NCBI RefSeq assembly: GCF_963921235.1
Contig: NC_086107.1
Location: forward strand, 102,674,001-102,738,000
Source of the DNA: Mobula hypostoma
Lineage: Eukaryota
Length of the DNA: 64,000 nucleotides
Reading direction: 5' to 3'
The notes beneath the pieces are model-generated. The model was not told where the DNA came from. It made no database searches and saw nothing but the letters and a program-made list of their open reading frames with translations. Every line of letters starts with the position of its first letter. Within the stretch, counting starts at the first letter, position 1. This document shows, one piece after another, positions 23,521 to 37,064 of this stretch. The translations under genes and the position numbers were made by a program.

Positions 23521-25388
23521 CTATCAGGCAGTGTGATATGGAGAAACTACAGATGCTGGAACCTGGAGCTAAGAAATGAAACTGCTGGAGCAACTCAGCA
23601 GATCACAGAGCATCTGATGAACTTGGGCTTGAAGGATCTTGAACTGTAACATCGGTGGTCCTTTTCCCTCCTCGGATGCTGCCTGACCCTGAGTTCCTCT
23701 AGCACTTTGTTTTTGACAGCGTAATCTGAAGCTCATTATCTCTGCCCATTACATTAAATAAATTATACTTGGATGTTGCCTCTACATTACTGGGAAGTTT
23801 TTACCTTTATTATCATATCAGATAAACCTATTGAATATTGAAACGCTTAGATAGAGTGGACGTGGAAAGTATGTTTCCTGTGGAGGGGGAGACTAGGACC
23901 AGAAAGCACAACGTCAGAGTAGAAGAATGCTCCTTTAGAACGGAGATGAGGGAGAACACACACAAAATGCTGGAGGAACTCAGCAGGTCAGGTATCATCT
24001 ATCGAAATGAAGAAACTGCTGACATTTAAAGCTGAGATCCTTCTTCAGGACTGGAAGGAAATGGAGAAGGTGCCGTAATAAAAAGCCTGGGGGTGGGGTG
24101 GTGGGGGGGGGAGAGGATTAGCTAGAAGGTGTTGGGTGAATCCAATCGCAAACGAAAGAAAATCTGCAGATGCTGGAAATCAAAGCGACACACACAAAAT
24201 ATTGGAGGAACTCAGCAGGCCAGGCAGCATCAATGGATGAAATGTACAGTCGACATTTTGAGACCCTTTGGCAGGACTGGAGAAAAAAATGAAAAAAAGG
24301 TGTTAGGTGAAGCCAGCTGGCTGGGAAAGGTAAAGGGCTGGAGGAGCAACACATTCCACACCATCTAGGCAGCCTCCATCCTGATGGCATGAACATTGAT
24401 TTCTCCTTCCCGTATTTTTTTTCCTCCCGCCCCCCCCCCCCAGTCTTCTATTACCCACTCTGGCCACTTACCTCTTCTCATCTGCCTATCACATCTCCAT
24501 GGTGCCCCTCCTCCTTCCCTTTCTCCATGTATCACTCGCCTCTCCTATCAGATTCCTTCCTCTCCAGCCCTTTATCTTTCCTACCCCCTAGGCTTCACCT
24601 ATCATCCTCTAGCTAGCCTCCTTTCCCTCCACCCACCTTTCTATTCTGGCATCTTCCCCCATTCTGAAGAAAGGTCTTGGCCCGAAATGTTGACTTCTTT
24701 TCTAAGGATGCTATTTGACCTGCTGAGTTCCTTCAGCATTTTGTGTGTGTTGCTCTGGATTTCCAGCATCTGCAGAATCTATTCTTAAGAAATGAGAAGG
24801 AATTTCTTTAGCAAGAGGGTGGTGAACGTGTGAAATTCATTGCCACATGCGGCTCTGGAGGCCAAATCATTGGGTATATTTAAAGTGAAGGTTGATAGGT
24901 TCTTGATTAGTAAGGGCATCAAAGGTTGGGGAGAGAAGGCAGGAGAATGGGATTGAGAGGGATAGTAAATCAGCCATGATGGAATGGTGGAGCAGATTCA
25001 ATGGGCCGAATAGCCTAATTCTGCTTGTATGTCTTATGGTTTTCTAGTCTTACAACTTTTCATAGTTTAAAATGTTCTATTAGTTTTTACGAAGAGAGAG
25101 GCAATCAGCGTAATGTTAAGTTTATGACAATAGCATTTTGTTCAACGAAGGTATTAAAGGATATGGAGCTATTGAAAGTGAGCCATAGATGAACCATGAT
25201 TGCATTGCAGGCTGGAGTAGACTCCAGTGTTCTTGCCTCTCAGCTCTAATGGGAATTCTCCAGCTTCTCCAATCCATCCTTCTGAATGTAATCCCTATTA
25301 CTGGAACCATTCCACCAGACCTCTTCCATACCCCCCTCAGAATCGTCGCCTCTTCCTGAAGAGTGACGCTACTCTTCTTTTTGTGCAG

Positions 25389-25494
25389 GTGGACTAAAGA
25401 GCGCCGGGTGATGCTGGTTATGTCGAACGAGCGCAAGAAGTGGGTTGCCATCCGTCCTCTGCCACCTTGCAAGAACATCCCACAGCAGTATGAT
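25389..25494 (+). CDS. ZC3H7A: ZC3H7 coding exon (WTKERRVMLVMSNERKKWVAIRPLPPCKNIPQQYD)
   Basis: gtgcag|G acceptor, GAT|gtgagt donor, phase 2/0. Confidence 0.95.
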
Positions 25495-26099
25495 GTGAGT
25501 AAAGAGAAGGTGTTCTTTTCTATCGCTGCTCTAATCGCCACCACACCCCTCCCCCCACCTCTTACAAACGCCCAACCTGAATACACAAGTTTGGGAGACT
25601 GGTGGGATAGATCTTCCGGATGCTGTGAGGCTACAGGCAACTGTCCTTGACAATAACTGGAATTCTGCCTGATGGATCTCAAGAAGAATGCATTGTAGTT
25701 AACATGTTGTCGTCCATTTTGTGAATCCTATTCAGAGACTTGCCAGCAGCAGTGTCCTCAACTCGTCTGCAGTGAAATTTTTTAAAAACAATATCGTTAT
25801 TAGCCCAAGATGCTATATTTGATTTAAATGAGATTTAAATTGCTTCTCCTGAACATATTTATTCCTTTGGTAAAAACTACCTCTGCGGGCAATTTCTGCT
25901 GTGTGGGAACTTGGTTCATTGCCACATTTTCAGATTAAGAACGGTTCTCAGGTCCGGGATCCTGATGTAACCTGGGGCTGATCATTACTTTACAGCCAAT
26001 AATGTATTTGTGAAATGTAGTCTGTGGCCTGGGGCAAGTGACAGCCCAATCCCAGAAACAGTGATGATGCAATGTTGGTTTTAGTGATGTTGTTCTGGG

Positions 26100-26640
26100 A
26101 TGACTATGAACTTGAGCAGAAGAGAGACCTTGCTGTACTCTCAAAGTAATGCATGAGATCGTTGGGGTGGCAGGGTAGTGTAGTAGTTAGCATGATGCTA
26201 TTACAGTGCCAGCGACCCAGGGTCAATTCCCACCACTGTCTGTAAGGAGTTTGTACATTCTCCCCGTGACCCCATGGGTTTCCACCAGTGCCTCGGTTTC
26301 CTCCCATGTAATAAAGACACATGGGTATAGTTGAGCAGCATGGACCCATTGGGCCTGAAGGGCCTGTTAATGTTTTGTATTTTTAAAGTTATCTATCTGA
26401 GAGGACACATATTTAAAGGGCTTTCGAAGTTTAATTTGGGAGATCCCAGCCTTCTTTTATGCCATGGATCCCTACCATTAACCAAGGGTTGGGAACCCCT
26501 GGTTTAAATTTTCTCTCTGTTTAAAGCCTCATCCAAAAGATCGTGATTCTGACAGTGCAGCACTCCCTCAGTATAGTGTCAGTACTATGTAGACTTTTTT
26601 ATTGAAATGACCGGAATGTAACTTAAATGCAGAACCTCCA
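26100..26640 (+). mobile_element. Old DeuSINE-like element split by a SINE and a MITE (similar remnants near 9320-9500 and 32070-32140)
   Basis: gtttaaagcctcatccaaaaga..ctgacagtgcagcactccctcagta here, and aatagtgctatgggatcttt near 9367, resemble the recalled Deu domain. Confidence 0.55.
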
Positions 26641-26738
26641 TGGCAAAGTCTGACAATTGAACCAAACCTCTTGCTCAGATTCGTCCTGGAGTGTGAGTAA
26701 TCATACTGTTCCCACAGCAGTGTACTTGATCCTTAATG

Positions 26739-27465
26739 TAGCGGTCCTCAACCACCGGGCCGCAAAGCGTGTGCTACCGGGCCGCGAGAAAACGATATGA
26801 GTCAGCTGCACCTTTCCTCATTCCCTGTCACGCACTGTTGAACTTGAACATAGGGTTGCCAACTGTCCAGTATTAGCCGGGACATCCCATATATTGGGCT
26901 AAATTGGTTTGTCCCCTGCTAAGGTAGAGCGTTCCTATGAAACCTTTCGTGCCGAAATGGAGTAAAGCGAAGAAGCAATTACCATTAATTTATATGGGAA
27001 AAATTTTTGAGCATTCCCAGACCCAAAAAATAACCTACCAAATCATACCAAATAACACATAAAACCTAAAATAACAGTAATATAGTAAAAGCAGGAATGA
27101 TATGATAAACACACAGCCTATATAAAGTAGAAATAATGTATGTACAGTGTAGTTGGGAAGATTAAGTCAAAACTGGTGTGGAAAAAAAAACACGTACGCG
27201 CATGCACAAGTCACGCATGCGCACGCAGGTGCCCGCGCAAGGCTTCATGGTCATGGTAGTCTTTCTCGGGGTAAACACTGTCCCGTATTTGACTGCTACT
27301 TTTGTCCCTTATTTGGGAGTAAGAAAGTTGGCAACCCTAACTGTAAAAGACATGTTGAGATGAGTTTAACCCTACTTGAACACCCCTCCCCCCAGGTCAG
27401 CCCGTCCGCAAGAATATTGTCAATATTAAACCGGTCCACGGTGCAAAAAAGGTTGGGGTCCCCTG
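26739..27465. mobile_element. hAT-type non-autonomous element containing a nested hAT-type element (26851-27374)
   Basis: Outer TIRs tagcggtcctcaacc / ggttggggtcccctg with 8-bp TSD ccttaatg/ccttaata. Inner TAGGGTT...AACCCTA with perfect 8-bp TSD cttgaaca. Confidence 0.85.
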
Positions 27466-28149
27466 CCTTAATACACTGTCTTTCAGACTGGTGCAAAAGG
27501 AGATTAGTGTTCAGCTAGATAGTCTGAATGTAGTTCGTGTAGCCTTCCAGACTGATTAAATACTCAGTTGTTGTCAGTCTCCGTTGCTGGTCTGTATTTG
27601 TGCATAAGGATTTATCTGCAATTAAACAAACCACACAGGTGTTGCCAAACCAAATGCTAGCATTCTTGAGTTACAGAGGAAAATGTTGTTGGGTAGCCGG
27701 CTGCAGGATGCCACACAAATAGGTATCAGTGACAGGCAGAAGCAGGGACAAAATGAATTTAGGCAGCTAGGCAGCTATTCTAAGGGCAGGACTTCAAATC
27801 TCTGGGCTGCTTCTTGGCTACATACTGGTGAGTACCGGACTAGATAGATAGATATGTCAGATGAAAGGTGGCTGAAGGAATAATGCTGGTAAATAGGTTT
27901 TAGGTTCTTGGATCATCAGGGTAACCAGAGTGAGACCAACGTCCTTGCTGGGAGATTTGCTCGTGCTGTTGCAGGAGAGTTTAAACTGAGTTGGCAGTGA
28001 ATAGAGGCTCTGAATAGTTGTTCAGACGGAGTGATAGGGATGGGCAATAAATGCTGGCTTAGCTGGCAACACCCACATTCCATAAATAAACGTTAAAAAA
28101 TACAGTCGCCTAGAAATGAACTAGGAAGTCCAGTAAGCAGAGCAAACGA

Positions 28150-29935
28150 GAAAGTGCACGTCAAGTGATTTAAAACTAAATTACATTGATTTGAATATAA
28201 GGATCTTAATAAGTAAAGTTGATGAAGTCAAAATTATAATTAACACGGGGGTCTACAATATTATTACCATTGCTAAGACACGGTTAAAGGATGGGCAGGA
28301 CTGACAACTTACTGTAGTCCATTGTACAGAATTTTCAGACAAGGTAGAAGGTAGTGATGGGGGAGAAGGTTTTGCACTGTTGGTTAAAGATTATATTATT
28401 ACAGCCTTGAGGAAGGTTATCCTAGAAGGCTCCTTAACCAAGGCCATATGGGTAGAGATTAGAAACAAAGAATGCCATCTCTTTGCTGGGGGTGTATTAC
28501 AGACCTTTCAAAGTCGATGAACCGATTATGTAGGCAAATAGCAAAGAGATGCAATAAAAATAGGGTTATCGTACTGGGGGATTTTAATTTCCCAATTATT
28601 AACTCGGATTTAAAGGCTCAGAGGGGTAGAATTTTTGATATGTATCCAAGAGTGCTTTTTGATACAGTGTAGCTAGACCAATGAGGAAGGAGCATTACTG
28701 GACCTTATCTTGGAAAATGTAACTGGTCATATTGAGGCAGTGTCAGTGGGGGATCGCTGACAATCGGAGATAACCAACATGGCTTTGTCAAGGACATATC
28801 AGTCTGACCAACTTGACTGAATTCTCTGAAGAACGAACAAAGTATATTGATGAGACAGGACAGTCAATGCTTTTACATGGACTTCAGTAAGAAGTTTCCA
28901 CATGTGACACTAGTTCAAAAGATTAGGCCCATAGAATCCAAGGCAAGTTGGCAAACTGGATCTAAAGTTGCTTAGCAACAGGAGATGGAAGATGCTGGTG
29001 GGTGGTTTTCCACTGGATGCCTCTGACCCACATGGATTGGTGCTGGTGCCCTTGCTGTTTACAATATATGTGAATAACTTGGATGTGGGAGGCATGATCA
29101 GTAATGTTACAAGTGACAAAGATCGGTGGGGTTATTGGCAGTGGGCTGCAAAGTGTTGGCAATATGTCGGTGAAGTAGGCTGAAAAATGGCAGATGAAGT
29201 TTAATCCAGACAGATGTCAGATGATGCATTTTGGGAGTAGTATTGAAGCTAGGGTATACACCATGAATGGCAGGTATTGAGGAATAGAGGGACCCCAGAC
29301 CCTGGACAACATGGTAAGGAAGGCATATAGGATACTGGCATTCATTAGTCACTGGATACAGAAGTAGTGAAGTTAAGCTCCGACTTTCTAAAGCCTTGAT
29401 CAGACCTTAGCCAGAGTATTGCATGTAGGTCTGATTGCCAGAGTATAGGACGGATGTGAAGGCACTAGAGAAAGTACAGAGGAAATTGACTAGGATGCTG
29501 CCTGGAATGGAGCTGTTTAAGTTATGAGAAGATACTGGAGAAGCTAGGTCTTACTTCCCTGGAGTAGGGGAGGTTAATACGAGACATGACTGACATCTAT
29601 AAAGCCTTGAGGAAGAAGATAGGATAGACTTCAGAAAACATTTCCTCATATCATGGGTAGATAAAACTAGAGGTCATAGATTTAGTGTAAGGGGGAAGAG
29701 ATTTAGAGGGAATATGAAGGGGTCTTTCCTTCACCGAGCAAATGGTGAGTACCTAGAACACACTGCCTGAAAGTTGAAGCTGGGTCAATAGCATTCGAGT
29801 TTTTAAGTGAGCCCTTGAATTGCTTAGGCATAGAGGGTTATGGACATAGGACTGGTTGGTGGGTTAATCCAGAAGGGTGCCCACTGGTCAGCATGGGCTA
29901 GTTGGGGCAGATTTCCATGCTGTATGACTCTATGG
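28150..29935 (+). mobile_element. Old, internally deleted CR1 LINE (endonuclease plus RT remnants)
   Basis: VLGDFNFP, QHGFVKD, PLLFTIYVNNLD and WQMKFNPDRC motifs with many disablements. Confidence 0.85.
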
Positions 29936-30668
29936 TAATATTGTCCGCTGAACCCAAGCACAAGGATCACAGTATGAATTATATAGCCCGATGCCATTGA
30001 AATGAATGGTCCCATTCATGTATGTTCATGACATCTGGTAACACAGCAGGTTTGCAGGGTAATTTTCACTAGATATTATAACAAAGAATCAAAAAGACAT
30101 AGAGTGAATCTGTTCAAAAGCGTTTTTATTACCTGCAAGAAAAAGGCCACCTCCACTCCTCAATGGATAGCCAGTGGCTTCTGTTTTACAGCTTACAAAG
30201 GTCATTTTTTTATACAAGCTTTCAGGCTATTCTTTGGCTGTTACCTGTTCTGGGAGTCAGCTCCTCCACAGCAGCTGCACTGTTCAAAGCCACGCAATGC
30301 ACTGACCTTCCCTTAGTTACACAATAAACAATGATCGAAACATTACATGCCTCCTGCCACGTACACTCTTAGCATATAGCAAAGCACTCTGGGATTATAC
30401 AGATTCCTTTTTGTCACATTATATGATTAAATACATTTTTAAAAATCTCAAAGTTTCAAATATATTTCCACGGTTTCCACCAAAGGACAGCAGTTTCAGG
30501 TGTTTCTCCTCATAGAGTCATGCAGCACAGGATGAGGTCCTTTGGCCCATCAAGTCCATGCCGAGCACCCATTAACAATAATCCTACACCGCTCCCCTGT
30601 TTTCCATTCTGCTCACATTCTCATCAACTCCCCTCAGCATCTACGTACCACTCAGCTACGCCCTGGAG

Positions 30669-30749
30669 CAGGGCTTTCCAAACTTTTTTATGCCCATGGA
30701 CCCCTGCCATTAACTGAGGGGTTCATGGACCTCAGGTTGGGAACCCCTG
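30669..30749. mobile_element. Short (~80 bp) hAT-type MITE (other copies near 26440-26501, 35895-35982, 53904-53977, 59916-59993, 61712-61775)
   Basis: CAGGGG..CCCAACC / GGTTGGGAACCCCTG-type termini. The copy at 53904 has flanks ctccagca/ctctagca (8-bp TSD, one mismatch). Confidence 0.8.
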
Positions 30750-31073
30750 TCCTAGACGTAATTTACAGTGGCTAAGTTACCAACTTTGGGATGTGGGAAG
30801 AAAGTGGAGCACCCAAAGTAAACCCATGTGGTCACTGGAAGAATGTGCAAACTCCACACAGACTGTGCTGGAGGTCAGGATTGAAGCTGGTTGCTGGAGA
30901 TGCTGTGCTGACAACTGTGTATTGTGCTGCATTTGACTAGTGATTGTAGTTGTGCCAGAGGCTGGCAACAAGAGAGACTAGTACCCGAAGCCTGTCTTTC
31001 ACCCGAGACAGGGTTTGCTTAGCATTTCCTATGGGGATCAGCCCTCAAGTATGTCCGTCTGTCTCCTTTCTAG

Positions 31074-31182
31074 TTGTGTACACATGTGGCAAATGGGAAG
31101 AAGTGCCAGTATATTGGAAACTGCTCATTTGCGCACAGTGTCGAAGAGCGTGACGCCTGGACCTACATGAAAGAGACTAAAA
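31074..31182 (+). CDS. ZC3H7A: ZC3H7 coding exon with CCCH finger (LCTHVANGKKCQYIGNCSFAHSVEERDAWTYMKETK)
   Basis: tttctag|TTG acceptor, A|gtgagt donor, phase 0/1. C-x8-C-x5-C-x3-H finger. Confidence 0.95.
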
Positions 31183-32930
31183 GTGAGTAGCTTTGATTTT
31201 TCAATGGCTTTTATTTTTCCCGATTTCTCCCCCTGTGGGGGTGTCCACACTTGTTGGGTCTGTTCTAAGAGAAGCAGTACCCTTTCAAACCACCCAGCCA
31301 TCTGACTCCACCTTCTCCTTTGGCAGCGTTTTCTAGATATTAGTTCAAAGATTCAAAGTACATTTATTATCAAAGTATGTACATGGTATACAACTGTGAG
31401 ATTCATCTTCCCACAGACAGCCACGAAACAAAGAAAACCATGAAGCCTATTTAAAGAAAAACATCAAACCCCCAATGTGCTTTTAAAAAAAGAACAAATC
31501 ATGCAAACGGCAAAAAACGAGCGAGAAACAAAGAATACAAAACACCAAATGACAAAGTCATATCCAGGCATATTCAGATAATTATTCTCACCAAACTCCC
31601 TCGGAAACAGGAAAGTTTTATGTTTGTGAAACAAAAACTTACCTTTCAGATCTCCTTTAAATCTCCTACACTTCACCGTAAAATTATCTCTTTTGTTGTT
31701 GATAACCCCACCATACAAAAAAAATTGATGATCTAATTATGCCTCTCACGATCTTGAATACCCCTCACAGATCACACCTTACTCTCTTTCATTCTAGAGA
31801 AGCCTAATGCAGGCGATCCAATCTTCCCCAGTTGCTAAATCCTCCAAACCAAACAACACCTGGTGAATGTCCTCAGCATTTTCACCAATGCAATCACTGG
31901 TTTCTGGTTTACCCCATCCTTGTGATTTTCACAACCTTGTTGGTCCAAAATGCAAATTTAAATGCATATTAAAGTGCAGTGTCTGTGATGTTGTAGGGAA
32001 CAAAGGGACCAATTTGTGCATCACAAGCAATGCCATAACAAACAGATAATCTGATTAAGTGGAGCTGGTTGAGGGATGGAAATTGTCCTGGGCCTCGGGA
32101 GAACTCCTCCATTCTTCCAATGGTGCAGTGAAATCTCTTAACATAAAACAAGAGCACAAGAATATAGAACCCCTCGGTACAATGTAGTCTGTGCTAGTCT
32201 CAATTCCTCTTCTGTTCCTGTTCTCTGTAACCCTCAAATCCTTGATCTTTCAGATATTTATCTATCTTCATCTTTAGTATCTCTAGTGATCTGGCCTCCA
32301 CCACCCTCAGGGACGGGGAATTCCAGATATTCACCATCCTCTGAGAGAAGAAACTTCTACACACCTCCATTTGAAATGTCCACCCCCTTATTTTGTAACT
32401 GTGTCACCTTGAGTATCTCCTGTTAGTGAGAAATGTTTTCACTAACATCTCAACATTCATTCGATCAAGCCCCTTTAGAATCCTAGAAGTTTGAATAAAG
32501 TTGCTCCTCATTTCTAAGCTCTTGAGGAATACAGACTCAAGTTATCTTGCTCCTCTTGATAAGACCACCCTCTCAACCTAGTAATTAGCCTGATGAATCT
32601 CCTTTGGACTGCTTCCAATGTAGTTGTATCCTATTATAGATAAGTGGACTATTTGCATCTGCTTTTGAGAGGACAGATAGAAACCTTGGTTTTTATTTTT
32701 TTCCCATAACCTGGCACATGAGGTAGTGAGGTGCTGCAGCAGTATTGTGTTTGAAGGTCTCTAAAGTTGGATGTGAACTCACCAATTTTTTAAACTAGGA
32801 GATGAGATGTTACATTGTGCCTCAGCCAACACAAAAAATAAAAGCCATCAGCACATAAAATTGGAGCTGAGACTCAAGAGTATTGCTCTATGTATCTCGA
32901 GTTTTTACATTTGGCATGTCTTTTGTGCAG

Positions 32931-33064
32931 TGCATGACATGCAGCAGGTATATGAGATGTGGCTGAAGAGTCAGAAGCCAACGATGACCGGAGGGGCAAC
33001 AGAACTCTCCGCCAAGCAAAGTGAGAAGCAGATCCACATGCCCACGGATTATGCCGATGTGGGG
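32931..33064 (+). CDS. ZC3H7A: ZC3H7 coding exon (MHDMQQVYEMWLKSQK...EKQIHMPTDYADVG)
   Basis: gtgcag|TG acceptor, GGG|gtaagt donor, phase 1/0. Motif KQI.MPTDYA. Confidence 0.95.
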
Positions 33065-33458
33065 GTAAGTATAGGGTCTAAAATTCATCACCCACTTCAT
33101 AAAAGTGTGCTCTCACTAATGGTTTATTCTAGGTTTCTCTCCTTGCTGTTCCTTATGTCTCTTGGCCATCTTTTCCTTCCCTCTCCTGTTTGTCTTCTGT
33201 CAGTCTGCTTTCCTTTTGTTTGTCTCTGCACTCATTCTATTTCTGGTGTTCCCACAACCGATGGTCTCACTTTAAGGACTCTTTATCTTGTTATTTCACA
33301 CTCCTTCAGTTCATGTTTATTTCATTCTCGTAATTTATTGCTTTTTGTTTATATTTGCACAGTTTGTTGTTCAATGATCCTGTTTACAGTTACTATTCTA
33401 TAGATTTGCTAAGTCTGCCCACAGGAAACAGAATCTCAAGGTTGTATGTGGTGACATG

Positions 33459-34426
33459 TGTAACGTTCCGTTATATTGGCTCGTATATGTCTAGGGGAAA
33501 TCCCACCCAGCACCTGCCTCAACACTCCCCACAGGGTCGGTTGCCGCCCGAATCAAGCCCAAATATCAATCATCAGCCAGCACACCCAGTAAATTTTAAC
33601 AAGTATACTTTATAGATATTACTAATTCTATGACATTGATATAAATTCGATACAGAAAGGGAAGTAATGGAAAAAAAAGGCGCCAACACTTATCAAAGTC
33701 CAAGTTCTTCGCGCGCTACCGTTGGAGCTCAATCGATTCCGGACGACCACCCGAATTCCGTCGACTCACAGCTTGGGACCACCCGGAGTGATCGACCGGA
33801 GCCTCTCCGCACGTCTGCCGTCCTCCCCGTCTCTCCTCCGACTCCCCGTCAAAAACCCCGTCCACCGTCCTCCCCGTCTCTCCTCCGACTCCCCGTCTCT
33901 CCTCCGTCCTCCCCGCCTCTCCTCCGACTCCCCGCCAAAAACCCCGTCCGCCGTCCTCCCTGTCTCTCCTCCGACTCCCCGTCTCTCCACCGTCCTCTCC
34001 GTCTCTCCTCCGACTCCCCGTCCCCAATACTCCCCGTCTCTCCTCTGACTCCCCGTCTCTCCACCATCCTCTCCGTCTCTCCTCCGTCCTCCCCGTCTCT
34101 CCTCCGACTCCCTGTCTCTCCACCGTCCTCTTCGTCTCTCCTCCGACTCCCCGTCTCTCCTTCGCTCCCCCCCAAAAATCCCATCCACCATCCTCCTCAT
34201 CTCTCCTCCGACTCCCCGTCTCTCCTCCGACTCCCCCCAAAAAACCCCGGTCCACAGTCATATGATGTAGCATGGTATCCGAAAACAAAACAATACATGA
34301 CCACCCATTGGTTAATAGCACCCTGCTGTCTATAATAACCCAAGCAACTGTCTAGTTAGAGACTTTCTCAGCATTCCCCAGTATAACATAACAAAAGAAG
34401 CCATTTTAAATTTAACAAAAAAGAAA
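33459..34426. mobile_element. LTR-like insertion containing a minisatellite
   Basis: Starts TGTAAC, interrupts another repeat, and has gacatg on both sides. The terminal CA is not clear. Confidence 0.5.
33815..34250. repeat. C/T-rich minisatellite, core unit ccgtctctcctccgactcc with variants
   Basis: Many tandem, shuffled copies read directly. Confidence 0.95.
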
Positions 34427-37064
34427 GACATGTATATGCTCTGATAATAAATTTTACTTTGAACTTTAATTCCTCTCCTGAGCTCCAATCACAGAACCAA
34501 ACAGAACAATTTGTTCCTATGTGGACTTCCAGTCAACCTGCTTAGCTTCCTGAAGGAGGCATACAACAGACACAAAATCAGGGATTTCCCTTGTCCAAAA
34601 CTCACTGCAGGAAGTAGAGTAAATCTCCAGCCCGCCTTCTCCTGGACTCCAAACACTCACTACTGCGATTAGAACCATTCGCCTTTGCAACCCTATATGT
34701 GCTCTTTCCCTTTTCTCTATGCCCCAGTGTCTAACACAACTCTCCAGCCTTGCACTGACCTGTTGCCACACCTCACCACCCCCCCCGCCATTCTCCAACC
34801 CTCCAAACGAAATGGACCTATGGACCACATAGAATGGGGCAGTTGATTGCAATCTCCCCCAGTGAGGTAGTAAATTTACACTGAACCAGGAAGATCTCGC
34901 TGCAATCCTTGGTCCGTGACAATTCAGCTAATTTTCCATGGGATGGCTTCAGAGGTTAAAGAAGGGCTTGTTAGCCTGGCTTATATCCTGACGTCAATGC
35001 TAAAATTCTCACTGAAGGGTGGATATTGCTACAAAGCCCCTGCAATCATTACCCGTATAGATTCCTTTCTAAGTCATGTGCATGAGGTTGTGTCACAGGC
35101 GGCCACTTGAGTGTGTTGATTAGAAATTCAATGAGTGAAACAGCTTGTTAACAAAAGAAAACCTTGTGTTTGTGTTAATGAAAGAATTCAGATTTCTAAA
35201 GTGATATTTGTGCCCTTGTGATACGAAAGAGTAGGGACATTACGTTGCACTGGTTAGACCAGGGGTTCCTAACTTCATTCTTACCCTCAGTCATTAGGCT
35301 TTATAATGAGTCAATCTATAGCTGGAGAAGTGATGACCCCTTGCTGTTAGACTGTTTGAGGTAACTTATTTTCTATTCTTTCGTACTTCTCTTCTAATAT
35401 TTGTATATCTGTGCATTTATAATGCTACTGTGACACTTTGGGATCAATAAAGTATCTATCTATCTCATCTTTTTTATGCTATGGACCAATATCATTGAGC
35501 AAGGGGTCTGTGGAGCCCTGGTTGAGAACTGTATTTAAGAATATTTTGTACAGTTTCGGTTGCCTCACTACAGGAAGAATGTTAGCAATAGAGATTCACC
35601 AGGATGTTGTTTGAAATGGTGGCTGGTCGTTACAGCAGAAGAAGATATTGGATAGCCTGGGCTTATTCTCATTGTAGGAGAGAGGGAGGTTTATGAGATA
35701 CCAGTGGTCGGATTCTTTGTCCCAGGCCAGCTGAGGAGAACTGGAGAGCGCAAGTCAGAGGTGAGAGGGGACAAATTTAAAGTAGATGTGAGGGGTAAGT
35801 TTTCCATGCAGGGAGCGTGGTGAGCAAGCTGCCAGAGGAGCTGGTAGAGGCAGACACAGCAGTAATGTTTAAACTGCACTTAGGGACAGGTACGCAGGGG
35901 TTCCCAACCTGGGCTCCACGCACCCATTAAGCCCCTTGCTTAATGGTATTGGCCCATGGCATGAAAAAGGTTGTGAACCCCTGGTGTAGAGGGATAAGGG
36001 CTGATTGCTGGCAAATAGAGTTGGTGTGGACAGGCATTATGATTGAGATGCTCCAAAAGGATCTGTTCCTGAGATATATAATTTTTATAATTTAAAGTAC
36101 TTTACAATGGTTGAATACTTGCAAGGTGTGATTTTTGGTAGAGAATAGTAAATTAAGCAGATGGTTTATCTCTACCCAGATCTCACAAATAGCAATATGA
36201 TAACTTTAGTGATAATGACGGACGAAGTGGGAGTTCCTCTCCACTTCAAGTAGTACCCTGGGATGTTTAGCATACTTTTTAGAGAAAACCTGCAGATGCT
36301 GGAAATCCAAGCAACACACATGAAATGCTGGAGGAACTCAGCAGTCCAGGCAGCAACATTTTTTTCCTCCTGTCCTGATGAAGGGTCTCGGCCCAAAACA
36401 TCGACTGTACTTTTTTTCCGTAGATGCTGTTTTTTCCATAGATAGCGCCCTGGCCTGCTGAGTTCCTCCAGCATTTTGTGTGTGATACTTCTGAGAGGCT
36501 GGGTGGACCTGGTTCAATGAATCGTCTGCAGGATGATTGCATTGATTCCTCTGTACTGCCACAAGATGTCAGTGTAGGTCGACGTGTTCAACCACATGCA
36601 TTCATGAAGCACCGTGAGCATGGTTGAGAGCTTCAGCAACAGGTTTATTGAGGTGTTGGACAGAATGGGAGGTGCCTGTAACATGATGCCAGGTGAGGTA
36701 GTGGAAGTGGATACCAGAGAAACATTTACGAGACGTTTAGACAGGCCCATGAAAGTGGGGAATGGAGGGAGCCAGACCACGGGCAGGCATATGTAGCTTC
36801 TTACTCAACATGGATGTCGTAGGCTGAAAGATTTGTTACTGTGCAATGCTGTACTGTGCTCTATGTCCTAAAACTCGACTCAAGAGTCAAATGAAATTCT
36901 GAAAGTAACCTGGATTTATGTTTGGTAGTTAGTAAGTTAGTGATAATTTGAGGTTTAAAAAAATAATGGTACAGTTTCCTCCTGAGACTTTACAGTAAAA
37001 CATATTAATGAAGGAGTTTTTAAAGATGTGATATTTAACAGCAATTATAATACACCAGTTACAG

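Noticed and set aside
33667..34335. 222-aa Pro/Ser-rich ORF and overlapping Arg/Gly-rich antisense ORFs
   Set aside because: They are translations of a stop-poor minisatellite, open in several frames on both strands.
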